From Lama glama (lineage: Eukaryota), in assembly GCA_028534125.1 (NCBI GenBank), contig CM052816.1, positions 20,276,001 through 20,340,000 on the forward strand: a stretch of DNA of 64,000 bases. The letters run 5' to 3'. Positions within the stretch are counted from its first letter, which is position 1. Every line of letters starts with the position of its first letter. The position numbers and the translations under genes were made by a program. This document shows positions 50,475-62,755 of this stretch, piece after piece. The notes below the pieces were generated by a model that made no database searches, had not been told where the DNA came from, and was given only the letters and a program-made list of their open reading frames with translations.

Positions 50475-50750
50475 CATAAAGTAATTAATGCCCATTATAA
50501 AAGATTCGTTAAATACAGAGAAATGTCACCCTACATTACACTGCTAGCATTTTGGTGCATTTCCTTCCAGTCCATTTTTTCCTTTGGCATTTTTACATAG
50601 TGTTGAGCACACTATACAGATATCATTTTATACCCTGAAACTTTCCCTCTTAACATTCGTCATAAACACTTTCTCTACTGTTTCAAACTCTCCATAAATA
50701 TCCTTAATAGCTGCATAATTTTCCACTTTGAGTGTTTAGCCATTTCCCAT
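50475..50750 (-). mobile_element. Old L1M 3' end (tail-to-tail with the previous copy)
   Basis: aaagtaattaatgcccatt..cattttggtgcatttccttccagtc..taatagctgcataattttcca. Confidence 0.7.
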
Positions 50751-51334
50751 TTTTCCTTCCCATTTTAAAAGTGATCTCTGTTTGCCTAGGAAATCTTCCA
50801 CCAGTCTGAGAGACAACTAAAATCATTACTATTCCCGTGCGTGGTGCAACGCAGTAAATGGAGTGTGGTTGCTGTGTGTGCACATGTGCATGTGTGGATG
50901 AGGGTGATGGGAGGCGGGGGTGCTTCCTAAGAGGTGGACCAGCCCTGGCTGTCCCAGAGTAACTCAGGCAGAAGAGACTGGGCCACACATTCAAGCCAGA
51001 GTCTCACAGGTCAGGTCAGTGCTACCTTTTGGATACACAAGTCTCTTCTGTGAAATAATGACAGCAGATGGCATGGGAACATTCCACACTGGGGCCCTAC
51101 AGTCCTGTGCTGGGGGCTTACTCTCCACTAACCCTCTTCCCTTCTCTGGAAAAGATTTTTCACTAGCCTGCAAACCATTCTGTGATCTGAATACAGAAAA
51201 GGAGACTTCCAGAGGTGTGTTCTCTGGATGATTGGGTCCAGGCAGAATCTTGTGGTTTGGTCCCCAGAGAGGTGCTTGTGGGCAGTCAGGGAGCAGCTGC
51301 ACCCAACCTTCTTCTGCGCCCCAGTTTTCTGCTC

Positions 51335-51780
51335 TCAGAAATGAAGCTGCCTGTAGCAGGAAAGAGACAAAAACCCCAAAAGGGGCAATTAAAGAGAGTT
51401 TAAAGGGGGGACTATTTACAATGTTGTGGGCAGGATTAAAGGAACCAGTAGGGGATGGTGATGCACCCCAGGGCTAGTAATTGCATCACCTGGAAACAAT
51501 TTCTACCCCTAGGGCTTGAAGGGGGAGGGGAAAGGAACTATTAGGAACTCACGAGACCTGCAGTCATAAGAGAAAGGTTGCTGAACAGAACCTGTGGCCT
51601 TAATCTGTTTTGTACACTGAGATTTGGCATAGAGGGAGCTGGGGGGGTTAAACACTACAACCTCTTTTTCCTCCAATTTCCCAGTCTCCTGTCATTGACA
51701 AACCCAACCAAAAGCGGGCGACAAGGGAGCCTGAGAAAGGTAGTCTGCCTAGGCCAGCCATCGTGGCACAGAACAGGGTT
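51335..51780 (-). mobile_element. Ancient ERVL-class LTR (3' LTR of the adjacent provirus remnant; subfamily uncertain)
   Basis: gagagtttaaaggggggactatttaca..tgtgggcaggattaaaggaacc..cccctagggcttgaagggg..acccaaccaaaagc..aagggagcc. Confidence 0.7.
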
Positions 51781-53104
51781 CTACTCCTTTGTCAGGGGGA
51801 AAAGCTATGGCCCCAACACAATGGAAATGCAGAGTCCATCAGCTATTGGATCTTAGCGTGATGAGATCAATCCAGTTATATTCCCACCAGGAAACCAATT
51901 AAAGCGTTGGCCTCTACTGGTATACTTCATATAAGGTAGTGGGGGAGAAATAAACAGTTAATTAATATAAAACACAGGAGCTGCAATCTGTTCTGCAGCT
52001 GGTTATGAGGCATAAGTTGATAATCAGAGCTTTGATTTTTCACCAACCATTCCATGTGACACTCATCCTCTGCCAGCACCTTGGCTAGTTGGCTTATTTT
52101 TTTAACCTAGTAGTTAGAAGTTTGTACATGGGTCTACTGATCAAGTGCTGGGGTGACTGGAAAAATAGGTGACAGCATACACAGAGATGGCCATTTCATC
52201 CATCTGATTATTGAGAAGCCTTTGTGCCATGAATACCCTCTGGTGAGGATACCTGTGGGACCTGAATATCTTCACACATACTTCGAACTCATGCCAAGTC
52301 ATCCTTCCTCAGACATGTCTGTGTTACTAATATTCCAATCTTGTTCTTTGTATGTTTCTCAGAAGCTGTCTACCTTTGAGTGACTGACTAATTTGTGTAG
52401 ATTGATCAGGCTCTTTCTCCTTCCACGTAATGGAGACAACTACAGGTATGTCCTGAGTTTCTGCCCATTGGGAGGGTTTCCCCTCACCACTGACTTTCAA
52501 GGTTCACCCTTGAGTGGGATTGCAGTATGTTGTCCAGTTACTTCTGACTCAGTTCAGCATACTGTGCAAGCCAGCGATAAACCCGGCCATGCTTTTCCCT
52601 TCTCTTTTTACTGACTGCAGGGAGCTCAGTAGGAGGCATAGGTATGGGTTGTGCCGAAGCAGTAGAAGTAAGTACCGTGCGAGTCTGAGCCACCTGCTGT
52701 ACAATCTGCTCTTCCCTTCTGACCTGTTCAGGCTTGATCTTCTATATACCATTTCCAGTTGACAATGGAATTCTGCTCTGTACTTCCAATTTTAGATTCA
52801 GCAGATCATATAACACTCAGTTCATGATGGGTGGTTTGTGTCCTGTAGTCACTTGGTGTCCTATGATTTCTGGTGTTCAGTCTTTTCCATGGCTTATCAG
52901 GAAGCCAGAAGCTGCTTTACAAATTGAGCTCTATTACTAGCAAAATTCCGACTCTAAAACCTTGTGATCTGTGCTGTAATTTTTATATTAGGGCTTGCTA
53001 GAGGCTCTATAAAACATCTCTAGCTGCCACAGATATTTCTAGTACAATTGGATGTGCTAGAAATAACAGAGTCACAGAGCAGCTTATAGCCAGGACCATC
53101 TGCA
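51780..53104 (-). pseudogene. pol: ERVL internal remnant: degenerate pol (RT connection + RNase H) joined to the pol-region C-terminus
   Basis: Hand translation of the minus strand gives HPIVLEISVAARDVL*SL*QA, KQLLAS, GHQVT..PIMN*VL, SIVNWKWYI, SGEGKPSQWAE, PVTPALDQ*THVQ and VLAE..EWLV..YQLMPHNQLQ. These are colinear with HERV-L/MERVL pol motifs as I recall them; many stops and frameshifts. Confidence 0.9.
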
Positions 53105-53107
53105 GTA

Positions 53108-53140
53108 TCTTCCTTCCTTCCTTCCTTCCTTCCTTCCTTC

Positions 53141-53171
<31 letters not shown>

Positions 53172-53208
53172 TCCTTCTTTCTTTTCTCTCTCTTTCTCTC
53201 TCTCTCTT
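53108..53208. repeat. Compound (TTCC)n(TTTC)n(TC)n microsatellite
   Basis: About 100 bp of pure pyrimidines, read directly. Confidence 0.95.
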
Positions 53209-53374
53209 CAACTTCTTTTGCAATAATTTAATCTACCAGCCCCCAAAGAATTTTAAAGATCACTTAATTATTTTCAAGTGGTATATAATGGACGCATAAT
53301 TTTATTTATTTCTTTATCATCCAATAAGCATTTACTGAGCACCTTCTGTGTGTTCTTCTTTATTTATTTTTATG

Positions 53375-53466
53375 TGGCTGTGTTCCAATTTTATGGACAA
53401 AAGCAGGAGGAAATAAACAGCCAGTAGACTGGACTCAGCCCACAGGCCATAGTTTGCTGACCCCTG
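53375..53466 (-). mobile_element. MER58A-type fragment
   Basis: tggctgtgttccaat..gcccacaggccatagtttgctgacccctg TIR. Confidence 0.7.
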
Positions 53467-53469
53467 AGC

Positions 53470-54930
53470 TACAGTATAATACGGTATAATATCTCATGGA
53501 TATACCTTAATTTACTCAACCATTTTCTTACTGCTGGGCATTTAGATTATTTCCCAAGTTTTCTTATTCTAATAAAAAATTTTAAACACATCTCTATGAT
53601 TCTAACTGACTGCATTTCCAAAATTTTCTTTAGGATAGATTCCTAGAGGTAGAGTTTCTATATCAAAAGCTATGAATACTTTTAAGGCTTCCTCTATTCT
53701 TTTGCTCTTTGTATAAATTGGTTGTCATTTCTGGAAAGTGGTTTGGCAATGTCTAATTGATGCCTCTGCAAGATGTTACTAGTTCTAAGTATGATCATTG
53801 TAAAGGAAAACAAAGAAAGCTGCATAGATTTTATATTTTTAAAAAAGTGTATTAAGTTTTGTGTGTGTGCAACTAATTACAGAAGTTCAACTTTTTTTTT
53901 CAAGTTTATTTTTCATTTGGATTTGTTCTATTTCAAAATTTTTGTTTATATCTTGGCTCATTTATTTTCTTTCTTTCCTTTTCTTTATTTCTTCTAATCA
54001 TTTTGTCTTTTCCTCTCCAATTTTATTTCCATTATATGTATATTTCGGTGGTAAAAATCTAACAGCACAGGTTCTAGACTCAGACTACCAAAGTTCATAG
54101 CCTGATTCTGCCACTTCCTGGCCACGTGACCTTCCTCAAGCTTCCTTTACCTTAGTTTCCATATTTCTAGAATAGAGTCAAGAAGAGATATTGTTGCTTT
54201 GAGAAAAGAAAAGTATGCAAAGCACTTTCTGTATTGCCTAGCACATACTAAATGTTCAATAAGTACTATCTATGACAATGATAATGAATACACAATTCTT
54301 TCATTACTTAATGTTCATTATCTGTCTGGTGATCAAATATATTTTTACCTCTATTTTCTTTTAACTTTATTATAGTTTAATTAAAAAAATTTCCTGGATA
54401 TTATTTTGGTGTCAGGTATGAAGACAGGCTCTAAATTAATTTATTTTCCACATAGCTGAATAAATATTCCAGTATATTTTATTGAATAGTACATTCCTTC
54501 CTCATTAGTTTGTGCCATGATTTTTACCAAATATTTTGCTTTTGCACATTTTAGGATCCGCTTCTGGGAAACCTAGTGTCTTAAATTTATCTGCTGGTTT
54601 ATTCTGGCTTTGTCATCATTGACATAATTATAATGACTTTATGACATTTTAACATCCAGTAAAACAATTAACTTGCATTACTCTAATTTCTCATTTTTGC
54701 TTAGACATTTTCATAAATTTGTTCTCCCAGTTGCATTTTTATAGTCATGTCATCAATTTCCAAAAAGAATTGCTGTTACTTGAATTCAGATCAGAAGTTA
54801 ATGATACTTACAGAATAATCTGAGAATTGACATTTCTATAATAAACTTTCTTTCCATCCTGAAACATAATGTGTATCCTCTTTTCTTCAATTCTCCTTTT
54901 ATATTTTTCAGTGGAGTTCTATAATTTCCG
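53470..54930 (-). mobile_element. Fragmented old L1ME (with a MIR inserted at about 54050-54280)
   Basis: ttactgctgggcatttagattatttcc..ttaggatagattcctagag; ttttccacatagctgaa..tttattgaatag; gagaattgacatttctataata. Confidence 0.65.
54050..54280 (+). mobile_element. MIR
   Basis: aggttctagactcagactacc..tctgccacttcc..gtgacctt..gcctagcacatactaaatgttcaataa. Confidence 0.8.
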
Positions 54931-54944
54931 ACATCATAGGGAAA

Positions 54945-55170
54945 TAGACAATACTTACTGAAAATTACTTCTGTGCAAGGCTTTGTTGTAAATGCTTTAC
55001 CTTATGAATATGTTTAACTTTTAAGACTGTAAGAGAGAGGTTTGCCATTATTCTCATTCAACAGTGGTGAAACTGAGGAACATGGAGATTAGGTAATTTG
55101 TCCCTGATACCCTGGGTCCAAAGTCAGAACCAGAGTCTCTCCAAAAGCCCATGTTCTTAATTATTCTGGT
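54945..55170 (-). mobile_element. MIR
   Basis: attattctcattcaacagtggtgaaactgagg..ggtaatttgtcc..aagcccatgttcttaa. Confidence 0.75.
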
Positions 55171-56372
55171 ACACTCATCAGATGTTAAAAAGTACTTAGA
55201 TATATCATTGTGGCTATGTGAATGAGATAGTTTTCTCCCCCGAGTGTTCCTTTTAATTGGTTATTGCTAACACAGAACAGAAAAATGATTGTCTATTATT
55301 TATGAGCCCTTATAATCTGTAAGTAAAATCTACTTTGAGAGATTAAGAAGAAATACATAAAATTGGGTACAGATTAGATAATTTTAATATAGTTTTAATT
55401 TAAAAAATGAGATCATAATTGTTAAAGTTTATATTATGAAGTTGATTCCACAAATAGCATTTAATAATATTAATTATATGTTAGAATAAATTAATAATTT
55501 TCCTATTTAATGACTAATAATATTTAATAATAATAAAAGTACTGGCTAACATTTATTTTGTGTTTTCTCCATATTAAATGCTATAGTGAGTGCTTTGCAA
55601 GCATTAGCTAATTTAATTTCTTTTTAATTAGTTATGCAAGAAAAAGCATGTCTTGTCAACAAATAAATATGACATTTATCATGTTCATTGGGGACTGCAT
55701 ATATATTAAAGTGCAGATTGAAATTTAATTATATGATTTGACATCAAACAGACAAGAGCTGCTTTCATGACCTGGTGTTCTGGATTCTTGCATTTTGCAC
55801 TAACAAGCACAAACGGTTTATTTTGACTATGTTTTAAATGACAAGCTAAAAGAGATGGCCTCATACTGTTACTTGTAAGCATTTTGTCACAAATAACATA
55901 TTGTGCATATGGGCAGTCTTGGTTCTCAACAAATGAAAAACAAAATTGGATATAATTGTCACTATATTTTCTTCTTAAATATTCAAATTTTGGAGGAGTA
56001 AAGATAGCTAGACGTACTATCTGTGATTTCTGATCCTATGGCTGCAACTTCCTCATCTGGGAAAAACCATCCTAGGGTGAGTTCACAGAATTATTATCAT
56101 TTTTTATTGTCTTCATTAATTGGTTGAATTTTAACATCAGTGTTTCTTATGCTTCCTGAATTTAACCAATAGCCCATTATGAGTATAAATTAAATAATGT
56201 ATAAGAATAGGACATTAAAAAAGACTATAATGACCAACCCCACTATCGCAGTTAGCACTTGTTCAGCCAATTTACCAATTGATTAAGAAACTGGTTTGTT
56301 AGCAAGTTGTCTCATCTCCACTAACTGCCGTTCTTGCTCTCTTAATGCACCTTAAGGAGTTCTTTAACTTTT

Positions 56373-56540
56373 CTTTTATTGAGGTATAGTTGATTTACAA
56401 CATTATATGAGTTTCAGGGGTACAACCTAGTGATTCACAGTTTTGAAAGGTTATACTCTATGTATAGTTACTATAAAATAGTGGCCACATTCCCTGTGCT
56501 GTACGATACATCCTCATTTTATACAGAGTAGTTTGTGCCT
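56373..56540 (-). mobile_element. Extremely 5'-truncated L1 (3' UTR only, 168 bp)
   Basis: ttttattgaggtatagttgatttacaacatt..ttccctgtgctgtac; perfect 18-bp flanking repeat aggagttctttaactttt (56355-56372, 56541-56558); TTTT/AA endonuclease site. Confidence 0.92.
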
Positions 56541-58724
56541 AGGAGTTCTTTAACTTTTAAAGAATTATTTTGTGTTATTACTATTTTTTAAGGGAAATGA
56601 AAATCCTTGCTTGTGGACATGAACACTTTCTACCCTCTGTAACCCTCCAGAAGGTTTGGAGGTGCTCTTTGGGTCAGACAGAGCAAGAAGCACTTTTGGT
56701 TCCACTCTGGGTTTTGCCATGAATGATGCTGTGGGTGCAACAGCTTTGCAGGAGGCAGGGATGGCCTGGCCCCATGAAATGAAGAATCAGCCCCCAGGAG
56801 GCCAAATGTCCAACACATCAGAGTTGGAAGAGGCATTGGAGTCATATGGTCCAGATGTCTTTTAATATTCTGTGCTGAGGAGGAAACAATCCCAGAGATT
56901 TATTAGTTGTGATGAAAGCTAGTACTATCTCTTCTTTCCTTACAAATGATTCTGGAAAATGTTTGCTGTTGAGCACATGCCCTGCCCGCCTCCACGGGGA
57001 TTCCGGATCCTCATTACTGTGGCAGGCATAGTGGCTTTTCCAAGTGGCCTGCTGAGGCTGGGGGGCTGACAACGATGTGCATTTATTTCTGGAGTCCAGG
57101 AGTGATTACAAATCCCGAGATTTATGTACCTGGGGAACTGAGTAGATTTAGGTATGTGTGGTTCTGTCATGGAATTAGAAAGCAAACACGCAAAGACCCT
57201 CCTTGGAGCCAGGAGTTGCTGATAAGGCCTGCAAGTGGAAGCTGAAATGGGTAGGCTGTGTCCTCTTACGAGAAGCAATGTGGCTTTCCACACAACAATC
57301 TTTGTGACCCACAGGACAGACCCGAGAGCCTCAAACATCTGATATAAGATGTAGGAAATAATTGCTGTCTTTCTGAAAAGTCAAGGAGCCCCAGAAGTGG
57401 TGCTAACTTCCTTGCATTGAAAAGCTGTTCAAAGCCTTTTAAATTGGAGCTTTAGTCTCTTTTCCCTTTCTCCCCTTCTCCCCCCAACAGAAGGTTCTCT
57501 GTTCTCTGAAGGAAGTTTCAGGGTAATATTTTTGCTGGCTGGTGACTCTGTCTGCAACCTTTGCATAGCAGATAAGCTGAGATGGCAGTGGTCTCGGGGC
57601 AGGCACAAGAGTGAAATTTCCACAAAGACGAAAGATGTGCCTGCAGCCACAGCAGGTCTAGTGTTTTGGTCCTGATGATTTTCTTCCGCAAAGAGTATGG
57701 AAATTTCCATTCCCATTCATTCAGGGAGGTCTCTGGTCTCCCTCTTGTGACCCTACCATGGACAGAATGTGAGTGCCAAGAGGCAACTTCTTCACTGGTT
57801 ACTTCCAGCTGTGGTTCTCGCCTGCCGCAGGTTTAAAGCCCTTTGGGAATCACTGAAAGTGATGCGTCATCTCCTACACAAAATGCCCACTGCACAGACA
57901 GGCTGAATGCTGCAGACATGTTGCGGTGGGGGTCAGCATTCACAGGCTATACAGAAATCCGTGTGCCTGAGGTTCAGGATGCTGAGGTTGGTGACATCTT
58001 TGGTCCTGTGTGGAGCAGAGTTGGAGCCAACACAACCCCTACCAGCTGCCTGCAGAGAGATGGGTGCTGGGCCCGGATGTGGACCCCACTTGAAGAATTA
58101 CCTTATGCTGCAAGTTTAGTTGCTAAAAATCCTCTTCTTGGTGTTTCTCCCTTGCATTCCCAACTTTCTTCTGTGGTTTCTCTGACTCATATTCCTCCTC
58201 CTCTTCCATCAACATTTGTCAAAGTTCTGATCTCAGCCTTTGTCTCTTCTCTCTGAATCCCCTCCCTGAATAATCGTGACCATCACTCAACCTTTTTGCC
58301 GTTGATTTCTCAACAGACTTTTCAGTTCTGTGTTCTCACTTGAGCTCCAGACTCCTTTCCAGTTGCAGAGCCAATGCCTCTTAAACCCATCACCCTTCCA
58401 GAGCCCCCACCCTCTGCAACCTACCCGCTCTTCCCTCTCCGTGCGGCTTCTCCCAGCTGACTGCCTGCTGGAACTGTGGGAGCCACCACTGGTGGCCTCC
58501 AGGGCATCCCTGCGTGTGTGTTCCCTTTTCTCCACCCCATCATCATGGCCTGTTTCTGGCCCCACTATAACCCTCTGGAAGGTTCCTAGCTCACTTATCC
58601 CTTGAGTCATACTCTAAGTCATAGCCATGTCACCCCCAGGCTGAGAAGCCTTGTTTGCTCCCCATTCACTGTAGACCAGTAGATCCCTAGCACAGAAGCT
58701 AGGCCCCCACAAGCAGGACCCACC

Positions 58725-59119
58725 TATAGCAGATGCTGCTCATGTCTTTCAGGTCTTACCACAGCAGTGCCCTCCACCTGCCAGTATCTCCTGCTCTGTG
58801 CCTCTGCGCCCATTCGCATAGGTATGTAAATATTGGGCCCTGGCTGCAGAGCCCACCCGGTCAGAGCACAGGATAGGCTAGAAGGGCCAGGAATTAATGC
58901 CTCCCTCATCCCTGGGAGCATTCCTCAATAATCAGTGACTGATGGGAGCTGATGTACAAATGCCCTTGCTTCCTTGGCTCTTGGGTGAGACAACTCTGAG
59001 GTGCCTGTTCTGCTTTGTCTCTCTCACAGCTGGCGTTTCAGGGACCACCTCGCAAACATACTACTTACACTCCAGTCTTTATCTGAGGGTCTGCTTCTGC
59101 GGGACCCCAGATTAAGTCA
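58725..59119 (+). mobile_element. ERVL LTR (LTR16A-like, internally deleted)
   Basis: aatcagtgactgatgggagctg..gacaactctgagg..actacttacactc..agggtctgcttctgcgggacccca. Confidence 0.75.
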
Positions 59120-59189
59120 CCAACTGACTTCTTCCTACTCTGCCCCTCACCAGAGGCGCTGCCTTTCTCTGACCATCTCCTGATTCCAT

Positions 59190-59495
59190 CTGTCTTTGCA
59201 CCTTTGCTGAAGCCAGGTGCTCCACCCAGGATGTGTCCCCATCTCTGCCTTCTGGACTCCCACCCTTCTTAGGTTTAACTGAAAGGTGGCCTCTTCCAGG
59301 AAGCCTTCCCCAGGACGCCACCCAGCATTCCCATCACACATTCTGCTCGTATCCCTCTCTGCATTATAGTGTTGTTCATTGGATTTGATGTCTGTCTTCA
59401 CTGTAGGAATGAGGCCTTTCTAAATATTTTTATCCCCTGCCTCATCTAACCTGAAGCTTGGCCCTGGAGCCTTCAACAAATGCTTGTTGAATTAG
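59190..59495 (+). mobile_element. L2 3' end
   Basis: cctcttccaggaagccttcccc..tcaacaaatgcttgttgaat. Confidence 0.75.
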
Positions 59496-59780
59496 ACTCC
59501 CTCAGCTCCCCCAAATTATTGTGACCCTCTCCTTATACCCACTTTGCTAAGATACCCATCCTGAGACTCAGTGGCCTAGTGCCCTGCATTCTTTCTTTGG
59601 AGGCAAGTTGAGTCTCCTCCTCTGAACCATCCTCCAAACTAGAGGCCAAGACAGGATTCTTAAAATTCTTCAGGCAACCAATATATTCAGCTAGTGAACC
59701 ATGTTCTAGGCATAGTGCCTACAGTGATAAAAATACAAGGGTGGGTCTTAAATTCAAAATGTTTACAGTAACCATTACTT

Positions 59781-59976
59781 CAGGGATTGGCAAACTTATT
59801 TTGTAAAAAGTCAGACAGTAAATAGTGTAGGCTTTCTGGGACACATATAGTTTCTGACGCTGCTGCCTCCTCCTCTTCCTGCTCCTCCTCTTCTACTTCA
59901 CCTTCACAACCCTTAAAAATTTTAAAACCATTCTTAGCTCTCAGGCAGTACAAAAACAGACTGTGAGCTGCCCCTG
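59781..59976 (+). mobile_element. MER58C-type hAT MITE
   Basis: cagggattggcaaactt..cagacagtaaatag..aaaaccattcttagctc..tacaaaaacag..cccctg. Confidence 0.8.
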
Positions 59977-62755
59977 TGTTATTTCAATGATTCATCCAAA
60001 CAACATTTATTGAGTGCCTCTTTGGCAAAGTTACTCCTGACAGATCTCCTCCCAGGCTGGGTACATACCTGGCAGGTTGTGAAATATTCCTGAGGTGTTG
60101 CAATGAGCTGACCATGGTGCTGACCGTTGCCCTGGGCTGGGTTCCCTTCCCACACCGCCTTGCTCTTTCTCTGCATGGCTGCTCTGGAAGAACATGGTTC
60201 TCTCCACTTGATTGTAATTTTAATTTCAGCTGGAGGTCAGCTATCTCTTCCTTCCTAAATGGCTGCTCTGCTTGATTTAATTTTCTGTGTAATGGCATAA
60301 TCTTATCTATCTTTTTACTTTGGAAACTGACTCCATATTAACCTTCCACCTGGCCCCCATCCTTTACCCCTTTCCCATCACATTTGCTATATGTCCTTCT
60401 CTTGTTTTTATGGCCTCCTTCCTTCACTGTACTCTGCCTCTGGCTTCATCCAACTCGCCTCCCTTCCTGACTGTCAGGAGTCTTCCCCAGAATCACTGAT
60501 GGCCTTTCTGTCTCTCATACATACAATCAGTCTCTTCCATGACTGGTTCCCAAGGTTCTGCAGTGGTCCAGGCCCTGATGTCAGCTTGAAGTCACAGCTG
60601 CTCAGTGCCCGATGCGGTGTCCACTTGCTGGTTGCAGCCTGGCACTGTTTTGAACTCAGAGTTTCCTGAGTGTCAGAGCCCTGCCCTACACTATTCACCA
60701 TGATGGATGCCTCCATGATGAATTAGATCCCTTGGCATCATTGCCCTCTTCACCTCAAAGAGTTTAGTCATGTGCTAGTTAATTTGGCTTTTGCAATAGA
60801 TAGTAAAAAATAACATTTCCTATGAAAAAGCCATTCTTGGAGGCAAAGATACATGATAAATAGAAACCTTGTGCCTTAAATTGCCCCCATTCCCTACTGG
60901 GATTCTTCACTCAGAGTTACCCATTTTACAGAAATCCACTGTAGCTAGAGGAGAAATAATTTGCACTTTCCAAAGTTTCCCTTGGTTTGCAGAAGAATTC
61001 ATTGCCAACTTTTATAAAGTAGTGAGCTCTCTTAGTGCATTTTAAGTGGTCTTATTTGCAAGGTTTTGATTCAGGTATAACTTTCCAGGAACATAGGGAG
61101 TGCATAAAGCCAGGCATATTCATGCTATCTGCATTCTTCTAGGGAGAGTCTAGGGCTTTCTGTAGATTTGCAAAGAATATTGGACCCCAAAATCCTCACC
61201 GGTGGCAGGGTCTCAGGTGTTGAGATGCTCCATGAGGTTGATTGGATCCTTTGGCTTGTTCCCTGCTGGGTCCCAGCTCCTGGAGTGCTGACTGGTGCAT
61301 AGCTGGCTCTCAATGTATATGTATGGGTTGAATGATTCAATAAGTGAATAAATAAAATGACTGCACTGGGGCTTGAACCTGGGCTGTTCTGATCTCAGAG
61401 CACTCTGCCCTGCCTCCTCCTAAAAGAAAGAGGCTACTTGGTTTTCCAGGAAGGCTGGGCTGGGAGCTGGACACAGAAGAGGAAGGAAAAGGCTGCATTC
61501 ACTAAAGATCCAACTTGTGAATCTAAGACCCAGATAGCTGCAAAAGAAATCTCAAAGCAATAAGGAAAGCAAAGACTTCAAGAGAAAATACAAATTGGAT
61601 TTTCTGAGGTGCTCACTCTGAGCAGTTGCCTCTGAGCCCAGGAAGGTTTGGGCTCTAGCCAGCCCTGGATGCTGGCAGGCAGGGGATGTAGAGCAGAGTG
61701 CTTCTGAGGTGACTGTAGCAGGAAGCAGCTGTCTCGGGCTGGCTTGGGCTCTGGCTCTGGTGAGCAGAGCATGGGCCAGGCTGCTGGCCCGTTCTTTTGT
61801 TCCAGAAGTACTGCCAGGAGCTGCTGTGGGTGCTGAAGGAGGCAGTCTGCTGCAGAGATAGGGGCACTGGACAGAAGGTCTGAGGGCTTGGTCTCTGGGC
61901 CTGACTCTGGCTCTCAGTATACCTTGAATCACCCGGTTCCCCCTCTGGATTTCACTCTTTCTGTAGAAGTCTTCGCAGTGTATATTTTTATTCTTCCCAG
62001 GCCTCATTGCGGGAGGTGGTGAGCCATTGCAACTGGGTTTTACAAACTGTAAAATACAGAAGACACCTGGGGAAACAGATCCAGCTGAATGTGCTGGACA
62101 AGGGTCCTCCTGTCTGGGGTCTGGTCGGTGGGCTTGTACCCTGTAGTCAGCTGATCAAACAGATGCTCCTGTGAAATGCATGGGGTCAAAGTTGTCAGGA
62201 GCCTGGGAACTCATGGAGGGGGCTTGGAGGGCTGGGGCACTGTCACAGGAAACTTATCAGCTCCTCAGTGGAATGGGTGAAGACTCATTTGTCAGGAAAG
62301 TTGAGGAAGGAGGAGCTAGGGCTCCAGCCCTAAGCTGATGAGAATGAGGATAAGAGTCAGTTACTAGAGCCACTTAATTAATTCCAGGATGCTGAGCTGA
62401 GCAAGACAGTCTTAGCACACTTCCAGTGGAAGAGCAGGTGCTGGCTCTTCTTGAGGGTGAATATGGCCAGTGGCCCATCCCAGAGTTGGGGGAGATGGTG
62501 GGGTGTTCCAGTTAATAGAAGGATTTGGGTCCAAATAGCTGGGAATTTCCTGATTCAGAATCCTGATGGGAGATGAGTGATTCTCAGCACTTCTGACCCT
62601 CCTGAGGTTTGGTTTAAACTGAATGATCCTGCAAATAATGCTCCTGGACTCTAAGGCCATTTCCAAGGGAGAAGGAAAAACTGTCAGGAATGGGGTGAGA
62701 ACCCATTGGGTTAGAGGTGTAGTTCCATCCTGCTTAAAGACAGAGGAAATGGACA

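Noticed and set aside
53020..53223. Charged ER/KE-rich ORF
   Set aside because: It is just the translation of the microsatellite.
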